From assembly GCA_964368425.1 (NCBI GenBank), contig CAYJAP010000002.1, positions 1 to 61,812 of the forward strand: a stretch of DNA of 61,812 bases. The letters are read 5' to 3'. Origin of the DNA: an uncultured Lachnospiraceae bacterium. Its GTDB lineage: Bacteria; Bacillota; Clostridia; Christensenellales; UBA1242. Position 1 is the stretch's first letter, and each line of letters starts with the position of its first letter. The notes under the pieces are model-generated. The model had not been told where the DNA came from, made no database searches, and saw only the letters and a list, made by a program, of their open reading frames with translations. Made by a program: the position numbers and the translations under genes. Below, in pieces: positions 39,054 through 46,103 of the stretch.

Positions 39054-39350
39054 ATGGAAAATATTATTAAAATAAACGCAACAAAACAACTCCAAGTAAG
39101 AAACCATTCTCTTCATTTAGATAACCGAAACAAGCTATCTGTAACTGGAATTTCTAAGATTCTTAGCGCTAATCCCAGCCAAATTACTGTGCGAACTAAT
39201 GACGCAAAATTGTTGGTCTCGGGTAGTGGTCTAAGTGTGACAAAATTGGACGTAGAAAACGGCACGTTGGAGATTGAAGGCACAATAAATTGTCTTAAAT
39301 ATTCCGACAACGTTAGTATAAAAGGATTTTGGAGAAAAATATTTAAATAA
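39054..39350 (+). CDS. yabP: Sporulation protein YabP
   Basis: ..LHLDNRNKLSVTGISKILSANPSQITVRTNDAKLLVSGSGLSVTKLDVENGTLEIEGTINCLKYS.. matches the YabP pattern; yabP-yabQ-divIC synteny. Confidence 0.85.
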   Translation: MENIIKINATKQLQVRNHSLHLDNRNKLSVTGISKILSANPSQITVRTNDAKLLVSGSGLSVTKLDVENGTLEIEGTINCLKYSDNVSIKGFWRKIFK

Positions 39351-39712
39351 TGTTAGATACCCTTAGTCAACCCATTACTCTGTTATGGTTTCTTCTGTTC
39401 GGAATTTTCTTTGGTTGCTGTATTGGTTGTGTGAAAAATATTAGAAAGCTCGCAAAACACATTGTCTGGAAATGGATAACTGATTTTTTACTGTCCATAG
39501 CTTGCAGTGCTCTTTTGATTTATTCTCTCACCCTTTTTAATTATGGCGAGATTCGTCTTTATCTTTTAATATCTTTCGTTTTAGGTGTCGTACTTGAACG
39601 CTACACCTTGGGCATTTTATTTGCTAAACTCTTTGATTATATGTATAATAGATTATCTAAAATACATAACAAAGTATTAACTACCAAGTTAGGACGTGTT
39701 ATCTTTAAGTAG
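39350..39712 (+). CDS. yabQ: Spore cortex biosynthesis protein YabQ
   Basis: 120-aa multi-TM protein. TAATG overlap with the yabP stop; synteny. Confidence 0.7.
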   Translation: MLDTLSQPITLLWFLLFGIFFGCCIGCVKNIRKLAKHIVWKWITDFLLSIACSALLIYSLTLFNYGEIRLYLLISFVLGVVLERYTLGILFAKLFDYMYNRLSKIHNKVLTTKLGRVIFK

Positions 39713-39717
39713 GTAAA

Positions 39718-39996
39718 ATGTTAAAAGATACATCTAAAAACTTTAAAATTATATGGTTTACAGTAATAGGGTTGTTGTTGGTTTTTTTTATAGCCAGCAT
39801 CATACAACTTGTCTTTTTAGGAAGCATGAAAAACAAACAGCGACAGTTAAATCATAGTCTGGATAATATCCAGCAACAACTGGCAGGGTACAAAAAGAAA
39901 ATAGAATATTTACAGTCAGACGAGTTTTGGGAAGAATACGCAAGGGAACACGGCTATGTCAAACAGGGGGATGAGCCGATTGAGGTAGGAGATTAA
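39718..39996 (+). CDS. divIC: Septum formation initiator (DivIC/FtsB family)
   Basis: 92 aa with a single TM plus a coiled coil (QRQLNHSLDNIQQQLAGYKKKIEYLQSD); synteny. Confidence 0.75.
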   Translation: MLKDTSKNFKIIWFTVIGLLLVFFIASIIQLVFLGSMKNKQRQLNHSLDNIQQQLAGYKKKIEYLQSDEFWEEYAREHGYVKQGDEPIEVGD

Positions 39997-40532
39997 TGAA
40001 AAAAACAGTTAGGATTTTATTGTATATAATACTCTCTCCGATACTGTTTTTTTATTTTATAGGACGTATTATTGCTGCACGACTATCGATACTGTCTGCG
40101 CAAAAAGCCATCTCTCGTATCCAGCCTTCTACTGTCGATGCCTTAACAGGATACCAGTTTGAAGACTTAATTTCTCTTGTCTGCAAGTCTCAAGGATATG
40201 TAACTAGAAACACACCGAAGAGTAAAGACGGCGGAGCAGATATAATAATTGAGAAGTGGAAGCAAAAGAGCGTTATTCAGACAAAAATGTACTATAACCA
40301 CACTGTGGGTAACAGGGCAGTACAAGAGGCACATACCGCAAAAGATTTCTTTGACGCACAAAACGCTATCGTTATAACAAACTCAAAGTTCAGCTTGCCG
40401 GCACAACAGATGGCAAATAAGCTCAACGTCATATTAATAGACGGAAATATGTTAAAACAACTACTGAAAAAACAGTTGTTGTTGGATACAATGATTGCTA
40501 AGAACAACCAATTAACCCAACAAATAACTTAA
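39996..40532 (+). CDS. Membrane-anchored restriction-endonuclease-fold protein (Mrr_cat domain)
   Basis: N-terminal TM segment ILLYIILSPILFFYFIGRIIAA. Core GYQFEDLI..GY.V..T..SKDGGADIII......VIQTK..... The start overlaps the divIC stop (TAATG). Confidence 0.7.
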   Translation: MKKTVRILLYIILSPILFFYFIGRIIAARLSILSAQKAISRIQPSTVDALTGYQFEDLISLVCKSQGYVTRNTPKSKDGGADIIIEKWKQKSVIQTKMYYNHTVGNRAVQEAHTAKDFFDAQNAIVITNSKFSLPAQQMANKLNVILIDGNMLKQLLKKQLLLDTMIAKNNQLTQQIT

Positions 40533-40546
40533 GCCATATTAAAGAT

Positions 40547-40576
40547 AAAAAAGAACGTCTAAGCGTTCTTTTTTTT
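40547..40576. terminator. Bidirectional intrinsic terminator
   Basis: A-run, AAGAACG / CGTTCTT arms, T-run. Lies between convergent genes. Confidence 0.7.
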
Positions 40577-40577
40577 G

Positions 40578-40730
40578 TTATCTGTTGTCTTTCTGTTGTT
40601 TTCTTTTTTGACGACAGTCTTTACAACGAAGAGGAGCTGAGAACCCTCTTTCTGCGTAAAACTCTTGTTCGCCAGCAGTGAAAATGAACTCTTGTCCACA
40701 GTCTCTACAAATTAAAGTTTTGTCTTGCAT
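40578..40730 (-). CDS. 50-aa zinc-ribbon protein (CxxC...CxxC)
   Basis: GGAGG SD. MQDKTLICRDCGQEFIFTAGEQEFYAERGFSAPLRCKDCRQKRKQQKDNR matches the small 'probable zinc-ribbon' family common in anaerobes (from memory). Below the ORF-track cutoff. Confidence 0.7.
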   Translation of the reverse strand: MQDKTLICRDCGQEFIFTAGEQEFYAERGFSAPLRCKDCRQKRKQQKDNR

Positions 40731-41006
40731 TGTTAACCTCCTAATAATTTGGAAATTTTACAAAACAATACTTTTACGTTAAATTTATCTTTAAACATAT
40801 GATTTATAACTTTCCTATATTATATATTATAACAAAACTTTATAAAAAGTCAACAACCTGTGTAATTTAAATCATTAATTATAAAGTTATATTTATCTAC
40901 ACACACTGTCTATAGGCAAAAGTTACTGTTTTTACAACCCTATTAAACCATTTTACTTGGAGAAATTATAGCAATGTGATACAATTAAAGCCGTATAGAG
41001 GTAGTT

Positions 41007-41780
41007 ATGGATAACAAAAAAAAGTCGTCATCGTTCGTTACAGCTGGAATATTAGCATTAGTAGTGGGCGCAACAAGTGTTATGTCTGCACTTGTATCTC
41101 TTGCATTGCCATCTACATACAATGTGTTTGTGTCAATTGTTTTTTTGAATGTGGTGGGCGCATTGTTTGACTTGGCTGCTGCTGGACTGAGCATTTGGTT
41201 TGGCATTAAACTTATATTGGTTGCAGACGCAGTCAATAAAAAAACTTCTAAAGAGATAAACACATATTTTCAAATTGCTTTCTGGGTTGCCATAGCATTC
41301 GGAATTGTATCTGTTTTCTCTGCTGATAATATGGTTATAATGATAACGGTTCTCTACTTTGTTATCTCGATATTAATTCTCAGAACACAGTTGACGTTAA
41401 CTCAAGGAGAAGTTATCCAAGCAACGGGGGAAACATTGCAGAAAGAAGATATCTCCACAAAGGAGCAGGGTGTTCCTGTTACGAAGACAGATGCAAAAAT
41501 TATTAGCAGCGACATAGACGTTGTTAGTGCTAAAATTGAAGAGCTCGCTAAACTTAAAACCGACGACGTTATTACTGAAGATGTGTATCTCGCTCTGAAA
41601 AAAGAGTTGTTGAAAGGTGTAACCAAGAAGGGTCTACCTGTGGCGAAGAAAAAGGTCGAAACCGTGGCGAAAAAGCCGAAGAAAAAGGTCGACATACCAG
41701 CACAGAAAAAAAGACATAAAGATAGTAGTTATACAATAAGCGAATTAAACGATTACGATAACTGGGATGATGAGCAGTAA
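41007..41780 (+). CDS. Multi-pass membrane protein with SHOCT-like motif and Lys-rich/acidic tail (paralog 1)
   Basis: About 4 TM segments. KIEELAKLKTDDVITEDVYLALKKELL resembles the SHOCT consensus. The tail is VAKKKVETVAKKPKKKVD...NDYDNWDDEQ. Confidence 0.6.
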   Translation: MDNKKKSSSFVTAGILALVVGATSVMSALVSLALPSTYNVFVSIVFLNVVGALFDLAAAGLSIWFGIKLILVADAVNKKTSKEINTYFQIAFWVAIAFGIVSVFSADNMVIMITVLYFVISILILRTQLTLTQGEVIQATGETLQKEDISTKEQGVPVTKTDAKIISSDIDVVSAKIEELAKLKTDDVITEDVYLALKKELLKGVTKKGLPVAKKKVETVAKKPKKKVDIPAQKKRHKDSSYTISELNDYDNWDDEQ

Positions 41781-41828
41781 AAAGACTGGAAGTTTCTTAA
41801 AATTTTTATACAATAATAGGTGGGTCAT

Positions 41829-42395
41829 ATGAATAAAAATAAAAAGACATTAATTTTAGTATCAGCGATTTTGTCACTATGCGTAGCGCTAATTTCTGTG
41901 CTTATGTTAGTAGTAATAGCGACAGGTTCTAAAGAAATAATTCGTATAGTTTATGAATCTTTAGCATTAGAGGACGGCGTAGAATTGTGGGTAGCGGTAG
42001 AAAGTTACCAGAAGGTTGTTGAAGGAATATTTGTATTCTTCACAATAATCTTAGGACTATCTTCAGCTGCAAATATCTTTGTAGGAACCTCTCTATTGAT
42101 ATCCTTGAAAAAAGCTTCCTCGATGGACAGCATAAGAGGAATGGTTTTAGCATGTACCATCATTTCCTTTTTGCTAGGCGGCTCAATAGTAATTGCGATA
42201 CTGCTTTTAGTGGCATTAATGAGTGATTCAAAAACTAAGACTCCAACTGAAGAGATAGAGGAGAGTGGCGTTAAGTCGGCACTTTCCGAACAGGATAAAA
42301 TTATAGAACGCGTTAAAAAGATAAAAGAACTAAAAGATTCGGGTGCTATAACTGAAGACGAATACAAGGCGATGCTCAAACAAATCTTGCTATAA
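41829..42395 (+). CDS. Multi-pass membrane protein with C-terminal SHOCT domain (paralog 2)
   Basis: IERVKKIKELKDSGAITEDEYKAMLKQILL at the extreme C-terminus. I chose ATG 41829 after AGGTGG; the track start is GTG 41820. Confidence 0.65.
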   Translation: MNKNKKTLILVSAILSLCVALISVLMLVVIATGSKEIIRIVYESLALEDGVELWVAVESYQKVVEGIFVFFTIILGLSSAANIFVGTSLLISLKKASSMDSIRGMVLACTIISFLLGGSIVIAILLLVALMSDSKTKTPTEEIEESGVKSALSEQDKIIERVKKIKELKDSGAITEDEYKAMLKQILL

Positions 42396-42413
42396 ACTTA
42401 AGGGGGTTTGATT

Positions 42414-42962
42414 GTGGATAAAAGAAAAAGAATTTTATGGAGAACGGTAGCTGGAGTAAGTTTAACACTAGCCTTACTGTGGATATTTGTACTTGTGCTG
42501 GTATCTGTCAACATAGATTATCTAAGAATCAATCTATATGAGTTGCTTGGTGGAGGGCTGTTGACGGGCATTTCCACAAAAATACACATTGCCTTCTTCA
42601 TAATATATTTTGCCACATGTATAATGGCCAACATTCTATTTTCGGTTATTTATATCAAGATAAGCAGTTTTAGTTACGAAAAATATGCAGAGTACCAGAG
42701 GCGTCTAGGAGTTATGCTGGTAATACACTTTCTGATGGGCGGATACCTCATCCCGCTAGTCGTAGGAGCATTCCTACTTTCTCCTAAAAAAGAAGTTAAA
42801 AGATACGCTGAAGCAGTCATTAATTCAAATATCTCTTTAAATATCAACAAGTTAACAAAAGAGATTCAAGAGGTTAAAAAGAGTTTTGTTACAGGCGAAA
42901 TATCTGAAACAGAGTACAAGAAAAAGTTAAACGCTATTCTGAGCTCACACACAAAACGTTAA
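42414..42962 (+). CDS. Multi-pass membrane protein with SHOCT-like C-terminus (paralog 3)
   Basis: EIQEVKKSFVTGEISETEYKKKLNAIL. I chose GTG 42414, which lies 7 nt after AAGGGGG; the track TTG 42408 is too close to the SD. Confidence 0.55.
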   Translation: MDKRKRILWRTVAGVSLTLALLWIFVLVLVSVNIDYLRINLYELLGGGLLTGISTKIHIAFFIIYFATCIMANILFSVIYIKISSFSYEKYAEYQRRLGVMLVIHFLMGGYLIPLVVGAFLLSPKKEVKRYAEAVINSNISLNINKLTKEIQEVKKSFVTGEISETEYKKKLNAILSSHTKR

Positions 42963-42972
42963 TATTAAAAAA

Positions 42973-43020
42973 GCGGGGCTTGGTGTTTATTCACCAATCA
43001 ACCCCGCGGTTATTTTTTTT
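42973..43020. terminator. Bidirectional terminator overlapping the 3' end of the convergent 365-aa gene
   Basis: GCGGGG..TTGGTG / CACCAA..CCCCGC interrupted stem, with an A-run before and a T8 run after. Confidence 0.55.
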
Positions 43021-44084
43021 GCCCAGCCCGAACTAAACAATGAGTACAGGGGTGAGAATTCTTTTATATATTCAACGTGCAAGTTTTCTAACAATTCTTG
43101 TCTTATTTTAAGTTCTCTGGAATGTCTTATATTTCCAACAATGTTATTCTGCTCAGAGTACACTTGGGATATGGTGTTGGCATACATTGATTCAAAACTT
43201 CTACTGTTGGTGAAGATTTCTATCTTGGTTTTTGTTATCAGCGGGCTGCATTTTTCTTCTACATTAGACTGTAAACTATTAACTATGTTTTTATATAATA
43301 CGCTGCCACTAACAATATTGTTTTCGGACACTCTTTTTGTCTCTATACATTTGGAGTACAAAGTTTTAATAGTAGGGTCGGTCATAAGGATATTTTGAAG
43401 CTCTTTATCAAAGTTTGTTGTTAGCCCTTTCATGTTTTCTGTTTGACTCTTCAGGGAAACGATTGCATTATCAATTTGTGAATAGTAGCATTTCTCATTA
43501 ATAGATCTTACTTTGTTTCCAAAAGTTTCGTTTATTTCTCTCATAAAAATATCGTATTCCAACTTAGAATCTAAACTGCTTGCAATCATCATATGCTCGC
43601 CTTCAAGCTCCTGTAATTTTTTGTATGCATACAACAGTTTCTCAGAAACCCTTATATAGACCACACTACTTTGAGTGCTGGTATTAGGCATATCGACACT
43701 TCTAAAAGCCACATCTATGTCGCTCAGCATGGACTTTATTTTTCGTAGTCCGCGCGTGTATTCATACACAATTTCTTCACGATCAGCGATAACTTTGTCA
43801 TACACATCTTTTGTTGTTTGAACAAATAACTGTTGTAACATCTTTGTTTGTGTAGAAAACCCATTATACTGGCAGATATCCACATCTTCTTTTAGAAGTT
43901 CTTCGTACTGAGAGTTGTATTCATTTAACTTATTCTGTAGCTTTTTTTCAACGGTAAGTTGCACATGATTATCTTGTATAGCATATGCAAAGTTGTAGTA
44001 TTCATCTAGCAATTCTTGCATCGATATCATGAAGTCAGCGACTTTATCACATTGCGCGTTTATATCTTCTAAAAGTGTTAGCAT
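42987..44084 (-). CDS. 365-aa predicted helical protein of unknown function
   Basis: Long ORF, 17 nt downstream of the preceding gene on the same strand. No TM segment and no motif I recognise. Confidence 0.6.
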   Translation of the reverse strand: MLTLLEDINAQCDKVADFMISMQELLDEYYNFAYAIQDNHVQLTVEKKLQNKLNEYNSQYEELLKEDVDICQYNGFSTQTKMLQQLFVQTTKDVYDKVIADREEIVYEYTRGLRKIKSMLSDIDVAFRSVDMPNTSTQSSVVYIRVSEKLLYAYKKLQELEGEHMMIASSLDSKLEYDIFMREINETFGNKVRSINEKCYYSQIDNAIVSLKSQTENMKGLTTNFDKELQNILMTDPTIKTLYSKCIETKRVSENNIVSGSVLYKNIVNSLQSNVEEKCSPLITKTKIEIFTNSRSFESMYANTISQVYSEQNNIVGNIRHSRELKIRQELLENLHVEYIKEFSPLYSLFSSGWAKKITAGLIGE

Positions 44085-44101
44085 ACGAACTCCTTGTTTT
44101 A

Positions 44102-44698
44102 TTATTTTCTTCTTGGAGAGATTTGTTCTCCAAATTTGTTGGTTCTACTTTCTATATATCTAAGAATTTCTTGTTGTTCTTTTGACAGTGTTAGTACTGT
44201 TTCTGCACTAGCAGTATTTTTTGCAGTAGATTTTTCATTCATATAATGCTCTATCACGGCATCTTTTACTTGACCGATAACGCTAGGTATCCATAAATCT
44301 TCTGGAAAGTATTTAATAAACTGTGGATTAAACAGAGCTAATTCAACAGCATCCATTTCGTTGTATATTTTATCTGGATCAAGGACTGGCAAATCGTCAC
44401 TAGTGTATAGGGTCACATAATATTTCCCTTCACGAACATACGATGTTAGGCGCGCCTTTCCTTGAGTTTTATCCTCTACGTTAAACACTACCCAACGAAA
44501 AGCCTCTGACGGTGTAACAAGCAATCTGTAATCGTCCAAATTGATATTTGGTTTATAGCTATCATAAGTTCCTTTTAACTCTCCATGCTGTAAAAATAAG
44601 ATCTCGCTAACTGGTCCTTCAAGTATAGTTTTTACTGTTTCATCAATCTTTTTAGCAACTCTTTTATCTTCTTCATCGAATGTTTCTCACTTGTCCAT
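44102..44698 (-). pseudogene. Hypothetical protein gene with an in-frame TGA at codon 4 (disrupted, mis-sequenced, or read through)
   Basis: Promoter, GGGAGAAGG SD and ATG 44698, then GAC AAG TGA (44689-44687). The frame then stays open into the track ORF 44102..44539, whose TTG start has no SD. Confidence 0.45.
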
Positions 44699-44722
44699 AC
44701 TACCTTCTCCCTACGATACATA

Positions 44723-44751
44723 ATTATAAATCATGGGTAGGGTAAAGTCAA
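44723..44751 (-). promoter_or_regulatory. Sigma-A promoter (TTGACT-17-TATAAT) upstream of the TGA-interrupted gene
   Basis: Reverse complement of 44746-44751 is TTGACT and of 44723-44728 is TATAAT, with a 17-nt spacer. Confidence 0.55.
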
Positions 44752-44812
44752 TAGACAAATAAAAAACAAACCCACTATGTTAATAGCAGATTTGCCGGTA
44801 ATTAATATTATA

Positions 44813-45319
44813 TTACGATACTTTGGTCACGTTTAGAATAACGTTTGTGTAGAATGTTGAATATTCTCCTGCGTTCCTTAAATTTACAGTGGTAGAAATG
44901 TTAGATGAAACGTTTAATATATAACTGCCACTTAAATTTGTTAAGTCATTCTCTGACACTGTAGCTACAGAAATCGTGCTTGGCACCTCTACTCCGTCAA
45001 CCTCTAAACTCACCGCAACATCGTAAATGCCAGATTCTTGGGTATTAACTTGCGCGTTAGTTTTATAGATCACTAGATACGTTCCTCTTTTGTTGATACT
45101 TATAAGCGGTGAGTTCGCGATATGAGAGATGTCTACTGTTCCCACAAGATAAGTTTCTTGCAACGGAATATCGTCTAAAGAACCTACTGTTACTGGTCCA
45201 TCGGTGGACGCTCCCAATGCGGTTGCTAGCACCTGAGGGTTAACGATTGAAGAGCTGGTTAGAAAGCATGAGCCTGAACTGGCAGGACAAAAATTTGTTG
45301 TTGGGTTGTTACAAGCCAT
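44813..45319 (-). CDS. Putative spore-surface protein: Cys-rich N-terminus plus BclA-C / C1q-like beta-jellyroll-type domain
   Basis: AAAGGAG SD. The N-terminus MACNNPTTNFCPASSGSC has 3 Cys. The rest follows the pattern ..IPL...Y......I.....G.YLVIY...A.......V.L.V.G..VP.S.......L.GSYILNV.....V.L.N.......N..L.V.KV, typical of exosporium BclA C-terminal domains (from memory). Confidence 0.4.
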   Translation of the reverse strand: MACNNPTTNFCPASSGSCFLTSSSIVNPQVLATALGASTDGPVTVGSLDDIPLQETYLVGTVDISHIANSPLISINKRGTYLVIYKTNAQVNTQESGIYDVAVSLEVDGVEVPSTISVATVSENDLTNLSGSYILNVSSNISTTVNLRNAGEYSTFYTNVILNVTKVS

Positions 45320-45509
45320 AAAAACTCCTTTGTTTAATATACTTACTCTATTTTATTAATCGACATCTATTTTTGTGACTATGCACACAACGAAGTGCGG
45401 CATCATAGATAAATTATATAAAATTTAGAACGCGTAGGAGGTTCTTATAAATAGAAAACAGTACAAAAAATATGTTAGGCGGGGAGTTGTAATCCATAAC
45501 TACCCCTCT

Positions 45510-46094
45510 GTGTTTATAGATAAAAATTGTGACATAGGGGAAGGCGTAGTAATATATCCTAACAATTACATATCAGGCAAAACTCGTATAGGTAACGGCG
45601 TTACTTTGCTACCAAACAACTTCATTGTAGACTGTGTGATACAGGACAAATGCGAGATATTCTCCAGCGTTATTCAGGAGAGTGTTGTCGGAGAGAGCTG
45701 TAAGGTCGGTCCGTATTCCTATTTACGACCGCGTAGCATAATCGGAAATAAATGCAAGATAGCCGATTTCGTGGAAATAAAAAACTCCACGATCGGAGAT
45801 TATACTAAAATTTCGCACTTGGCTTATGTGGGCGACAGCTCTGTCGGGGAAAGATGTAATATCGGTTGTGGGGTTATTTTCGTCAACTACAACGGGAAGG
45901 TGAAGCAAGGGGTATCAGTAGGAAACGATTGTTTCATAGGAAGCAATTGTAACCTGATAGCTCCTCTCACGATAGGTAATTCCTGTTTTGTCGCAGCAGG
46001 AACTACCGTTACCAAAAATGTGGAGAACGGTAGCTTTGTTATTGGGAGAATGGACGCTGTAGAAAAAAAAGAAAGGGGCAAAGATTATTTATAG
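45510..46094 (+). CDS. glmU: GlmU C-terminal (left-handed beta-helix acetyltransferase) domain only; the N-terminal uridyltransferase domain is absent
   Basis: GPYSYLRP...FVEIKNSTIGDYTKISHLAYVGD..NIGCGVIFVNYNGKVK....GND.FIGSN..LIAP..IG....AAGTTVTKNV matches GlmU residues ~330-440. The GTG start has no SD. The frame is open and GlmU-like from 45438 (..KYVRRGVVIHNYPS..). Confidence 0.75.
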   Translation: MFIDKNCDIGEGVVIYPNNYISGKTRIGNGVTLLPNNFIVDCVIQDKCEIFSSVIQESVVGESCKVGPYSYLRPRSIIGNKCKIADFVEIKNSTIGDYTKISHLAYVGDSSVGERCNIGCGVIFVNYNGKVKQGVSVGNDCFIGSNCNLIAPLTIGNSCFVAAGTTVTKNVENGSFVIGRMDAVEKKERGKDYL

Positions 46095-46103
46095 GAGAGG
46101 GGT

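Noticed and set aside
44687-44689. Genome-wide TGA reassignment (code 4/25) or selenocysteine as an explanation for the in-frame TGA
   Set aside because: Housekeeping genes in the window are full length under the standard code, and spmA and spmB clearly terminate at TGA. There is no stem-loop resembling a bacterial SECIS within about 40 nt downstream, and the position is codon 4 of an orphan protein.
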